From NCBI GenBank assembly GCA_964016885.1, contig OZ024742.1, forward strand, positions 354,144,001 through 354,208,000: DNA of 64,000 nt. Direction: 5' to 3'. Below the pieces are notes generated by a model that did no database searches, was not told the origin of the DNA, and was given only the letters and a program-made list of their open reading frames with translations. Position 1 is the stretch's first letter; every line of letters starts with the position of its first letter. Made by a program: the position numbers and the translations under genes. Of the stretch, positions 30,382 to 45,600 are shown piece after piece. This stretch comes from Eledone cirrhosa. Lineage: Eukaryota.

Positions 30382-33300
30382 ATGATCCTCCCCAAGTATA
30401 ACAATATTTGTTTCGACACACGATTTCATATAAAAAACCTCGCAAAACTAATTCATCGCCGCTACGGCAGTAGATTGTGCCAAGCTGAAAGGTTATTGAA
30501 AGACACTGTTTTATGTTATATAAAAACTACAATAACAACAGAACAAATCCGCTTCTTAAAACACTGTGTTTCCTCCAAAACATACACAACAAACATATCA
30601 AAACAAGTAAATAATTTATTATTGAACAAAACACAAGCCGAACGACTAGAACACACAATAGCAGTTAATATGAAAAGAACAACATACACAAAAGTCAACG
30701 CACTCTACAGACAGAAACGCATTAACGGTAAGGAAATCCGAAATCTCATCACAGCAAACGAGAGAGATAACTTCATGAGCGCCATCCGACTTGAAACGAA
30801 ATACGCTCGAAACGATTGCAATAGGCATTTCAAGAAGAAATTAGAATGGATGAATAAGAAAAAACTACAAGAAAGGAAAATCGAATATTCTCAAAAATAC
30901 CCAGATAACATCGACAATATCCGTATGACTGATGTAAAACTGCCGGAAGAATTTACCAATGACCACACAGTAAATATCTATGGGAACACTTTAATCAGTG
31001 AACAAGAACAACAAATCCTACGGTTACCACAAAAATTTGCCATCTACAAAAAGATTAACCCTATGGAGTGCAAAACGGAGCTGGAAAAGTGTTTCACAAA
31101 AATACGTTGGAATGCAAAGGTAAACAACAACAACAATAATAACGATAGTAGTAATATAAACAATAACTCTGGGTATAGAAATAACAGCCATAACCATAAC
31201 AATAGCAGGAAAGTGAGAAATAGTGATAATGGTAATAATACTAGCGATAGACAGGACAACAATAACCACGATAATAATAATAATAGAAACATTAACCACA
31301 GACACAGCAACAGCGACCATGTAGTAATAACGGTAACAATACGAACAACAACAACAATAACCACAGTGGTAATGATGGAAATAGTACATGTAGCAACATC
31401 AATGATAGACACAACAAAAACAAGAAACATAATAAAAGTAACAACCACAATGGTAGAAATAACAGTAACAACAACAACAATAACGGTGAAGTAAACAACA
31501 ATACATCTAGCAATCATAACAATAATAATAATGCTAATGTTAGGAACAACAACAACTACCATGATAACAATAATAGCAACACACACAACTATGATGATAG
31601 ATATAATGACAGCCCCTTAGAGAAACTATTTTTCGACCCAGCTGACAAAACGTATAAGATGGGTAATATCTATCCTACGAGGTTACCCTTTAATAAAAGA
31701 GTTTGCATACCACAACAAATAGATGACGAGACAGAGGCACAATTCACCATAGCTAGAAATAAGATTAGACAGATAGTAGACAGGTATACTAAGAGACAGA
31801 GCAGACCAGAGGCCCAACAACTTGGGAGGAAACCTGTAGAAGGCTTGGTTAGCCTCAAGCAGCGCACAAGGGATGGTGAGGTAGTGTGTCTACCCACAGA
31901 TAAGTCTGGTAGGATGTCAATAGATAGCATGCCGAACTACATCGAGGCTATGCAACCCCACATCACCAACACGAGCGAAGTTGCACAACAGACACACGAT
32001 GTGAGAAAAAAATCCTCAACGCTCACATGATGAGGTGGACTGACATCCTAAAGCCAAGCAGACGCACTGCCAACAACTTCCAGGCGTCTAACAATGGCAT
32101 ACCACCCTTGTATGGACTCCGCAAAGACCACAATACAGTCGACGACCCGACAACAGGACCACCAACAAGACCCGTATGCGGAGCTAATATAGCTAGCAAC
32201 TACAGGATCTCCTACTTCCTCTCAATGGTTATACGCCCCATAATCAAGATGTCCCCAGATCTATGTGACAGTACAGAGGACCTCCTCAGCAGAATAAGTG
32301 AGTGCAACAAAAACAGGAGCCTATCCAACTGCATAATAGGCAGCATGGATGTGGTGTCACTGTACCCATCCATTAACATTGATTTTGCTGTGAAAAGATG
32401 TGTGGAGATGATCATTGAGAGTAAGGTGGATTTCTGCGACGTCGACACAGACGAACTGGGCCTCCTACTTAGACTTACCTACGACACTGACTACCTAGAC
32501 AGCCATGACCTTAGATGTTTCTGCCCTAGTAGACCTATAAGAGGTAGACCCCCCACCATAACCTCAATGGCAAAAAAGACTCCCATGGGAAGGTGGATTG
32601 GGTGGACCAAAGCTATACGGACACCCCGAAACAAAGATCAGGTAAGAAAAACGGTCGCACATGCAATAGGGGCTAGTATAAAAACTACCCTAAAGGGCCA
32701 CATATTTAAGTTCAATGAGAAAATCTACACCCAAAATGAGAGAGCAGCCATCGGCGTCAGCATAGCTGGTGATGTTGCCAACATTTTCATGGTATGGTGG
32801 GAAAGGAGACTTAAAGATCTCCTTAATGAAAGCTCCATATACCTCATCATGTACTCTCGTTATGTAGACGATATAAATATAGTTATAAGAACACCCCCAC
32901 TAGAGAGCACTAACAAGTTTGATTTAGAACGTAGCACGATGGAAAGCATCCAGCAGATAGCTAATTCCATACACCAGAGTATAACTGTAACTATCGACTT
33001 CCTTTCCAAACACCCTAACAGTAGCCGACCTGTATTAGACACAGAAATCAGGATTAACACTATAGACGAGAGCGCCCAAATTCTCCACTCACACTATGCT
33101 AAACGCATGGCCTCCAAATACCTGATACTCAAAAACTCAGCAATGTCCAGTAGTGCTAAATTTAATATTCTGATCGCAGATTTGGTACGAGTGATGAAGT
33201 ATGTATCCCGCATGTGCGACCCAACAGAAATGGAAAGACACATCCAACACTTCATCAACCGCATACAGTTCTCTGGTTACAACCAAAGAGACAGAGTCAG

Positions 33301-34018
33301 AGTATACGAAGGAGCCATGGAAAAGTATAAGACCCTCATAGAACTGGACATGAAAGGAATTTGCCCATTATACAGGAGCAAATCATGGAATAGCTTAGAT
33401 AGGGCTAGACATAAGATAGGGAAAGCCATATCATGGTACGACAACCAGAGATACCAGAGTGTCATGTTTGTGGACGCCACCCCTGGAGTAAAATTAGCTA
33501 ACCAGTGTAGAAAGGCCCTGAGAAAGACCGACTTAAAAATAAAGGTGGTAGAAAAGCCAGGAACCACCATAAAATCCCTGATCAGCAAAACCTACCCTTT
33601 TAAGAAAACCCACTGTACCAATAGGAAATGTATCATATTTAAGGTGAACCCCCGGATAAACTGTAAAACTAGAAACGTAGTCTATAGCATAAGATGTACA
33701 GAGGGTACTTGCAGAAACATGACAACAACATACATAGGTGAGACAGCTCGTAGCATAGGTGAAAGGATAGACCAACACTGGGTGGAACTAAAAGGACGAA
33801 AAAATGGGTCAGTACTATACGAACATGCTAGACAACAACATGAGGGTAACATAGACAACATAGATATTAGAATAATATCTAAACATAGAAATGACCCAGC
33901 AGATAGGCAAATCAGAGAGGCCAGTGAAATAGAAATTAGAAGACCAAAGCTAAACAGAAAGAATGAATCGAATAGCAACAACACCCAAACAAACAACACT
34001 GACCTACGAGAAGTATAA
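30382..34018 (+). pseudogene. PLE polyprotein (N-terminal domain, Asn-rich insert, RT, GIY-YIG) broken by frameshifts
   Basis: Segments 30382-31494, 31659-32030, 32027-34018; LPQKFAI, PTDKSGR, LYGLRKDH, RPV, SMDVVSLYPSI, RYVDD, VVYSIRC...YIGETAR. Confidence 0.92.
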
Positions 34019-34487
34019 ATAAGTAAATAAAATAAGATAAATAAATACATACACAAGCACAATAACAACAAGCACATAAACACACACTAGTCACCCATCA
34101 CACAGCAAACATAACACTATACACACACGCAAACGCATGCGCAAAGAAGACAAAATAAAATAAACAAACAAGCAAATAAATAAATAAATATATAGACAGA
34201 CTGAATAAAAAATGGCGTAGACATACAACACAACAGGAGGAAAATATAACACCACTGACGATGCTGCAGATGTGCAACGAAAGATTTATGATAAACTATA
34301 TATATGTGTTTGTGTGTATATTGTATCTGTATTATTTTTGACCGTCGGTCAGTCAATGGCAACATTGAGGACCGAGTAAGCTAGATTACCGATATAAAAG
34401 ACAGCGAGAAGCGAAAACCAACAAACAGTGGGTGTGTTCTGTTATTAATTCTGGCAATATTACACAAATATGACCCTCCCCAAGTAT

Positions 34488-34577
<90 letters not shown>

Positions 34578-34581
<4 letters not shown>

Positions 34582-37500
34582 AAAGTTATATTTAAAATTG
34601 TTGGGTTACAACTAGTAAATATTTATAACTGATATAAAAGCACTCGACAAATATTTGGAGTATATTTACAATATTAAATAAATGGAAACTATATTTATAA
34701 AACCATATTTATTTCATTATATATATTTCGGGGATATCATATTAACAATATGCTATGCCTTCCTCAGACAAAATACAATATAAACAGTTTTATAGATAAA
34801 TAGATTCGACATACCGTTATAACACCGACTTCCATTTGAAGAGGTTTAAACTGGCAGTGAAAACATTTTACACAGAGAGAAAGAAAGAGAGAAAAAAGAA
34901 AGAAAGACAGAAAACGAAGAAAAGGAAGAAAAAGAAGAAATGCATGGAACAAAATAGAGAGATGGAAAGATAGATAAAGCGAAGAACTTCATGTAAAGAA
35001 ACAGAAAGAGATATATATATAGAGAGAGAGAGGAAATAGAGATAGATACATATATATATAGAAAATTAGGTAGTGGGAGGTCATTTTGAGTAAATGTATC
35101 AATGATACATTTATTTATTTATTTATTTATTTAGCTCAAGTATTAATGTAAGGGAGATATATAGAGAGAGTAAAAATATAGAGAGAGAAAAAATAGCGAG
35201 AGAAAAAATTTAAAAATAGCCAGATATATTCGAGGCGTAAAAACCCTATGTTTTAATGTATTAGTATTTATAAAACTTACACTATATTGTAAATATCAGT
35301 ATTCCTGAATGAGACAAGTATCCATAGTGTGTGAAAATTAATTATCTTATGTTTAGTTTTTTAAAAATAATGAAGCATTAGCTAGGGCAGGATATGCTGA
35401 TAAGATTGTGTACATAGATAATGATAGACAAACTAAAGAAAGTAACAACTTTTTTAATTACGGCAACAACATTAACAACTATAATAGAAAGCATTACAAT
35501 AATTCCAAAGGTCAAAAAAGAAATAGAACTAGGAACATAATTTGGTTTGCCCCCCCTTTCTCACTAAACATTAAAACCCACATCGCTAAATTATTTTTCA
35601 AAGCTCTTGATAATCGCTTCCCTAGAACACATAGGTATCACTCAATTTTCAATAGGCATACAATTAAATTAACTTACTCATCCACCAAAAATTTAGCACA
35701 AAATATTAATAGAATAAATAATAGAAACTTAAAACCTAGTGATAATAGCATAAATAATATACAAGTTAACAAATGTAACTGTAGAGATAGATCTAAATGT
35801 CCGTTAAATAACAACTGCTTAGTTAAAAATATAGTATACAATTGTAATGTTAATAATGACTCTAATTCTTTTAACTACGTCGGTTCCACATCGATGGAAT
35901 TTAAACTTCGCTATAATAACCACAAGAATTCTTTCACAGATCCAAGTAAAAAATCTTCAACAGCACTATCAGGCGTACTCTGGCAACTTAAGCTAGATAA
36001 CGTTAGATATTCGACGGCTTGGAATATAGTCTCAAGAGGGATTCCTTTTAATTCATCCTCTGAGACATGTGACCTCTGCGCAGAGGAGATATTCTTTATA
36101 CTAAAATCTAAAAATTCCCTTAATCTACGGACAAATTTATTCAGTTGTTGCAAACATAGATTAAACTCAACGTTTAAATATAAATTTAAATTTAAAATGT
36201 AGTATATTCAGTTTGATTTATATTTATATGGGAAACTAGCCGATAAATTTTTGATTCCTAAATTTTTGATTCCTTCATTTTATTCTTTTTTTATTGTTTA
36301 TTTTTATTTTTATTTTATTTTTATTTTTATTTAAACATTCCTCATGAAAAATTAAGCTACCCTAAAAGCTGATGCTCCAAATATTTTGAATAAACCTTAC
36401 ACTAGATAAACTTCTATATTAAATATAAGAACATATGTAGACCAAATTGGACATCATAAACTTTTTGAAATGATCTTTGCTAGATGTGATTTGATAGATA
36501 ATTTTTGGCTTTGTCTTGTAATGAACTTGGCAATATATTGTCAATTAACTTTGAAGGGTTGATCGTTGTGGTTTATTTTTATTTTTTATTATTGTAGTAT
36601 TTTATAATATTTTTTATTTTTTATTTTTATTTTTAATATCTTTAAGATGTAAATTTTTAATACGTAATATTTTTTAATACGTAATATTTTTAATATGTAA
36701 TATTTTTAATATGTAATATTCTTTCGTAATATTTTTTTTTAGTTTTCTATTTTATTATTACTTATTATTATTATTGTTATCTTTTTATTTTTTTAGTTTT
36801 GTTTCTGATATATATTTTCATTAGTATATTGAAATCTGCTCTCTATTTCTGCTTGATAGATAATCTTGTAGAGTAAAGACAGGAATAATAATACACATAT
36901 ATGTATACTCAAATTTTTATACTACATTGAGAATGTTTTCCGTGAACTTAGAGTTTGCAGAGTGAATCTTGTGGATTCACATGGACGTTTGTAGCTATCA
37001 CATAAACATATGAATTTTTTTAAAAAACTAAACATAAGATAATTAATTTTCACACACTATGGATACTTGTCTCATTCAGGAATACTGATATTTACAATAT
37101 AGTGTAAGTTTTATAAATACTAATACATTAAAACATAGGGTTTTTACGCCTCGAATATATCTGGCTATTTTTAAATTTTTTCTCTCGCTATTTTTTCTCT
37201 CTATATATTTTTTCTCTATATATATATCTCCCTTACATTAATACTTGAGCTAAATAAATAAATAAATAAATAAATTTATCATTGATACATTTACTCAAAA
37301 TGACCTCCCACTACCTAATTTTCTATATATATATGTATCTATCTCTATTTCCTCTCTCTCTATATATATATATATCTTTCTGTTTCTTTACATGAAGTTC
37401 TTCCATTTATCTATCTTTCCATCTCTCTATTTTGTTCCATGCATTTCTTCTTTTTCTTCCTTTTCTTCGTTTTCTGTTTTTCTTTCTTTTTTCTCTCTTT

Positions 37501-37711
37501 CTTTCTCTCTGTGTAAAATGTTTTCACTGCCAGTTTAAACCTCTTCAAATGGAAGTCGGTGTTATAACGGTATGTCGAATATATTTATCTATAAAACTGT
37601 TTATATTGTATTTTGTCTGAGGAAGGCATAGCATATTGTTAATATGATATCCCCGAAATTTTTATAATGAAATAAATATGGTTTTATAAATATAGTTTCC
37701 ATTTATTTAAT

Positions 37712-37716
<5 letters not shown>
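34578..37716 (+). mobile_element. Penelope-like element family B, copy 2, with ~790-bp inverted 5' pLTR
   Basis: 34578-35366 mirrors the 3' pLTR (37013-37716 and beyond, as in copy 1); ORF nearly identical to 13383-14357. Confidence 0.92.
35408..36202 (+). CDS. PLE GIY-YIG endonuclease region (truncated ORF)
   Basis: IVYNC...YVGST; near-identical to copy 1. Confidence 0.85.
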   Translation: MYIDNDRQTKESNNFFNYGNNINNYNRKHYNNSKGQKRNRTRNIIWFAPPFSLNIKTHIAKLFFKALDNRFPRTHRYHSIFNRHTIKLTYSSTKNLAQNINRINNRNLKPSDNSINNIQVNKCNCRDRSKCPLNNNCLVKNIVYNCNVNNDSNSFNYVGSTSMEFKLRYNNHKNSFTDPSKKSSTALSGVLWQLKLDNVRYSTAWNIVSRGIPFNSSSETCDLCAEEIFFILKSKNSLNLRTNLFSCCKHRLNSTFKYKFKFKM

Positions 37717-40240
<2,524 letters not shown>

Positions 40241-40241
<1 letters not shown>

Positions 40242-40775
40242 ATTTTAAGGATACTATTTATAGTTATGTATATATTAAACTTTTTATAGTTATGTATATT
40301 TTAAACCTTAAACAGGGAAGGTCAGTAATGTATTTCTACCTTATTACCAATGAGATAAATACCTCAATGTAATAACATCAGTTGTTCTTCAGAGCAGTTA
40401 TATAGAATTCACAAGAATCAAAGCTATGTTCAAAGCATTTATTCACTTACAATTGTTTCATACAATCCTAGGCTTGGATTATTCGGAGCATTTTTCAATA
40501 TTTGTACATATAATTAACCACTTTCAAACGCATGATACATAGAGATACATATATATATATATTGATGTACAGTGGAGTGACATATATTATACTATAATAA
40601 TTTTGTACAGCAATTCAAATTCAAAATTAAAATCAAGATCAAAATAAAAAAAAAATTAAAATTAAAATTAAAATACATTCGGCAGATAACACAGATAATA
40701 CAGGAGGATAGTTTGAAAGTCAGATCTAGCAGGTAGTGTAAGCATTTTAGTTAAACATGCGTTAGTTACACACAC
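40241..40775 (-). mobile_element. Non-coding pLTR-like dispersed repeat (family J) with CCGA-variant hammerhead at 40444-40490
   Basis: Matches 49768-50290, 47150-47275 and 63086-63375. Confidence 0.75.
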
Positions 40776-40855
40776 ACACACATATATATATAAAACAAAA
40801 CAAAACAAAATATATATAATACAAAACAAAACCACAAGACAAAACCAAACAAACA

Positions 40856-41505
40856 AAAATTGACCGGTTAATACATTTTCATACATCTATATTATTATAT
40901 ATTTGAAAATTGACCGGTTAATACATTTTCATACATCTATATTATTATATATTTGAAAATTGACCGGTTAATACATTTTTCATACATCTATATTATTATA
41001 TATTTGAAACCACGTGTTTTCGAACTTGTGAGTACATTTTCCTTTAACTACAAATTATTATTATATACTTTCGTCTTTTCATTAACTTAATTAATTTCAA
41101 ATAACCAGAATATACATATATATATATATATATATACTCATATTTATATATATACGCTTCTCACTCACACACAAGAAAAACAAAAAACAAAAATAAATCA
41201 AAAATAAATTTAAAAAAAAAATATATATATATTGAAATACTTAACTAAAACACACACACACGAACTTGTGAGTACATTTTCCTTTAACTACAAATTATTA
41301 TTATATACTTTCGTCTTTTCATTAACTTAATTAATTTCAAATAACCAGAATATACATATATATATATATATATACTCATATTTATATATATACGCTTCTC
41401 ACTCACACACAAGAAAAACAAAAAAACAAAAATAAATCAAAAATAAATTTAAAAAAAAAAAATATATATATATATTGAAATACTTAACTAAAACACAAAC
41501 ACACT
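40856..41505 (+). repeat. 5' UTR tandem repeats: 3x ~50 bp (40856-41009) and 2x 240 bp (41021-41505)
   Basis: aaaattgaccggttaatacattttcatacatctatattattatatatttg x3; cgaacttgtgagtacatttt at 41021 and 41261. Confidence 0.9.
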
Positions 41506-41515
41506 CAAAACTAGA

Positions 41516-42667
41516 ATGGCTAACCAGCAAAAATCCAAACAGAACTGGTCTGATAATGAAATCGACATTCTAATAAACACATGGCATTGCCTTTCCCAAA
41601 CAGAAAATATAGATGCTTCATCTCTGAACGACATTGCTAAACGTACAGTTCAATTTTTGAAAACTCGATCTGAACAACAGATTCAAAATAAATTAAAGCA
41701 AATCGAAATTGCTTTTAAATTAATCAATAAACATTTGGATAAACTACGGTGTGTTTTCTCTTCGAATGCTGTCCAGCAGCAGCAACAACAACAACAGCAG
41801 CTACAACAGCAACAACAACAACAACAACAACAGCTACAACAACAACAACAGCAACAACAACAACGACAACAACAGTGTGAACCACTCCTTGATTCATCAA
41901 CAATGGCCGATCTACTAAATGAAACTATTGACCCCCCAGTAGCCTCTGTCTCACAGCATGAAACGCCACATCCTTTCTCTGGCCCAGCTGCCCAATCATC
42001 ACCACTGCCAACATCTCTGCCTACTACTACTACTACTACTACAACATTTTTGTCTACTGCTATGTCAAGGAATTTACCTTCTAATACCAGAACAAGAACT
42101 CTCCCTCCCACAGTCCACAAAGGTCGTCAAATCCTACCCAAACCATCATCTACACCTCTCACAACACCCACACCCACATACCCACCCACTCGAAACCCCA
42201 TCATTTGCCGCTACTCTCTACGCTATAGAATATGTACGGATAGTGGCTGCAAATTCACCCATTTACCTAGGACAAAACGATCTATCCCCACAAACAGCCA
42301 CCACCATAATACATACTCTAATTTAACACCAACACAACCACCAATAACTCAAACAAGGAATCCACAAATCTGCCGTTTTTCCCTGCGAGACAGATTGTGT
42401 TTAGACCGGGATTGTCCCTTTACCCATCTCCCGGGGACCCGTCGGATAAATGAAAATAAAATTAAAAATAAAAGCAAAAACAAAAACCATAACCTACATA
42501 AAAATAACCACTACCACAGTCACCAACAGTCTTCTAAACAGGAAACTTCTTCCTCTTTTTTAGCCATAATGAATCTGGCAAAAGAACTGGAAAAAAACAT
42601 TCGAGCTATCACCCAGCACCACCCTCCACTATCACCCCACTGCACAAACTCCCATTGCTGCCATTAA
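41516..42667 (+). CDS. LINE ORF1: Myb/SANT-like N-terminus, polyQ, two CCCH zinc fingers
   Basis: NWSDNEIDILINTW...RSEQQIQNKLK; CRYSLRYRICTDSGCKFTH and CRFSLRDRLCLDRDCPFTH. Confidence 0.85.
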   Translation: MANQQKSKQNWSDNEIDILINTWHCLSQTENIDASSLNDIAKRTVQFLKTRSEQQIQNKLKQIEIAFKLINKHLDKLRCVFSSNAVQQQQQQQQQLQQQQQQQQQQLQQQQQQQQQRQQQCEPLLDSSTMADLLNETIDPPVASVSQHETPHPFSGPAAQSSPLPTSLPTTTTTTTTFLSTAMSRNLPSNTRTRTLPPTVHKGRQILPKPSSTPLTTPTPTYPPTRNPIICRYSLRYRICTDSGCKFTHLPRTKRSIPTNSHHHNTYSNLTPTQPPITQTRNPQICRFSLRDRLCLDRDCPFTHLPGTRRINENKIKNKSKNKNHNLHKNNHYHSHQQSSKQETSSSFLAIMNLAKELEKNIRAITQHHPPLSPHCTNSHCCH

Positions 42668-45600
42668 CAAACAAACAAATTAACAACACACCAAAACAAT
42701 TAAAACCATCCACTCTCGCCTCTACATTTTTGCTTAACGCCCAAGGCATCAGCCCTTCCACCAATACTCAAAAATGGAAGATCAAATTCCTGGAGGACTG
42801 GATTGATGTCCATCCAAACCACATCCCTTTCTTCGTCCTCACTGAAACCCATCTCAGTAACCTCCACTTGGAAGCCGAGGTGAAAGTGAAAAATTTCAAA
42901 GCCATCCGTGCTGATCGCGCTGGCAGAAGAAAGGGCGGAACTGCCATTTATGTCCATAATTCTTTCTCAACAGAGGCTATGAACATATTCACTAATGGAT
43001 ACTGTGAGGCAGTCACTGTATTCAGTCAAACCAACAACCTATTAGTAGTTGGGCTCTATAGGCCACCCCAAACGCCTGTACCATGCTTCAAGGAATGCCT
43101 CAACAGCATAAAGTGTTTCATCCAAGAGTGTCACCCTGACAACATCTTAATGATGGGGGACTTCAACCTCCCCGGAGTTGACTGGTCCACAAACACCCTG
43201 CCACCAGGTTCTTCTGCCTCAACCTCTGACAGGGAAGCTGTGGAATCGCTTCTTGACTTCATGGATGATTTCTTCCTATCCCAACTAGTGCTCGAACCAA
43301 CGAGGTGCCACAAAAACGTCCTAGACTTAATTTTCAGCAATCACACTGACAATATCCACAATATTGCAGTGGAGAAAACTCTACTCTCTGATCATGACAT
43401 GGTTCTCTGTGATCTGAGATTCCACCGTCCAATATACAAACCCAATGTCATTTCTCCTGTCCATCCGTTTGACGCTATGGATTTCCACAATGCAAACTGG
43501 GAAGCGATCAGTCATGATCTTGCACATGTCGACTGGTCCTTCACGCACACTCATACACCCACTAACATCAAAAAGTCCTGGCAGACATTTGTGGACACTG
43601 TTACAAACATATGTGCTAAACACACCCCATTAAGAACTATAAACAAATCTAAGAGCAGAATCCCTAGAAATAGAAAAACACTCATCAGAAAAATTAAGAG
43701 AACGAACAAAAAAATCAACAAGCTGAAATACTGTCAGCAGCAACACATCAACTTGACTGCCATTTCATCACTAGAGATTAAAAAACATAACCTCCAAAAC
43801 AACATAATGTCCCTCATCAACAATCAGAGAAGAGCTGAAGAGGCCTGGGCCATTGAGAAGATCAAACTCAATCCCAAAGTGTTCTTTTCATTTGCAAAAA
43901 AACACAAAATCACTGGCTCTACTGTTGGCCCTCTAATTGATGAAAATGGCACTCTTCAAGACAATGCTAAAACCATGGGTGAGATACTGCAGAAACAATA
44001 CTGCTCTGTTTTCAGCAATCCTGATATGGCCGATCTGGGCTGTATCGGCGATGTTACTCCCCATTACACCTTATCGGACATAACGTTTGGCGCCCCTGAT
44101 GTCTTGGCGGCAATAAAGGAAATCAAGCATAATTCAGCAGTAGGTCCCGATAGGTTCCCTGCTTGTGTCTTGAAGGCGTGTCAACACCAACTTGCTTCTC
44201 CTCTTGCCAATCTGTGGCGGAACTCACTGGATGCTGGATATGTGCCAGAAAACCTTCTATCCCAGTCTGTTGTCCCAGTTTTCAAAAAGGGAAACAAATC
44301 CCTTGCCATGAATTACCGTCCAATCTCACTCACCTCTCATATCATTAAGGTATTTGAGCGAGTGGTGAGATCGCGAATGACCCACTTCCTTGAGAGTAAC
44401 AATATGCTGAACTCCAACCAGCATGGATTCCGTAATGGAAGGGATTGCCTGACGCAACTACTGCATCACTTTGATGACATTTTGAGAGCCTTGGGAGAGG
44501 GTTCCAACACTGATGTTATCTACCTTGATTTCAGCAAGGCCTTTGACAGGGTTGATCATAACATTCTACTGAGAAAGCTGTCCAATATTGGTGTCACTGG
44601 AAAGCTGCTGCAGTGGATCAAGAGCTTCCTGTCAAACAGAACCCAACATGTTGTAGTTGAGGGAGTCAAATCAAGCCCAGCCAAAGTCAGTAGTGGAGTC
44701 CCACAAGGCACTGTGTTGGGCCCACTTCTCTTCATCATCTATATTAATGACATCACTGACATCATCAAACACAGCAACATTAAAATTTTCGCTGATGATT
44801 CCAAGCTCCAAAAGGTCATCAATGGCGTGGATGACCGGATAAGCCTTCAGTCAGACCTACTGGCTGTTACCCAATGGGCAGAAAAGAACAACATGTTACT
44901 GAACGAAGACAAATTCGAACTGATCCACTTTGGAAAAGAGGATGCTCTGAAACTCCCGTACTCCCTTCCCTCCGGGGAAACTCTCGTGGCATCTAACAAC
45001 ATCAGAAACTTGGGAGTAACCGTGGACAGCAACATAAGCTGGACCACGCATATAAGCAGCAAAGTTGACATGGCCCGCAGAATGTGTTCCTGGATCCTCA
45101 GAACCTTCCAGTCGAGAGATTCCCGCACCATTATCCTTCTCTTCTCTACTTTCGCCCGACCACACCTTGAATACTGTTGTCCACTGTGGTCTCCCCACAC
45201 GAAACAAAGTATCATGAAACTTGAAGCTCCTCAAAGGGCAATCACGAAAAAGATAGATGGCATGTCAGACCTTGACTACTGGGGTCGATTGGAAAACCTG
45301 AAACTTTACTCACTCCAACGTCGCCGTGAGCGTTATATTATCTGCATGATGTGGAAAATGTTCCATCATCACTGCCCAAATGATGTTGGCATCGCCTTCA
45401 AGATACACCCAAGGCTTGGGCCCCGTGCTATCCGTCCCATTCAAAAATCTAAATCGCAACTCATAACAACAATACGGCACAATTATTTCACCTCAATCGG
45501 CCCTGCTCTCTTCAACATCACACCAGGACACGTCAAAACAGAAACTGACCACACAAAATTCAAGAAGGCTTTGGACAAATTCCTCCAAGTAATCCCGGAC

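Larger units (their letters stand above)
28961..34495 (+). mobile_element. Near full-length Penelope-like retroelement in partial-tandem arrangement
   Basis: 28961-30404 is a direct copy of 33051-34493 (ORF 3' part + pLTR); the full ORF region lies between them. Confidence 0.95.

Noticed and set aside
31044-31586. Hydrophobic antisense ORFs (also the poly-Cys ORF at 41683-42120)
   Set aside because: Reverse complements of AAC/CAA repeats within TE ORFs
40856-41009. CRISPR-like short repeats
   Set aside because: Head-to-tail tandem repeats without spacers, in a eukaryotic context with no cas genes
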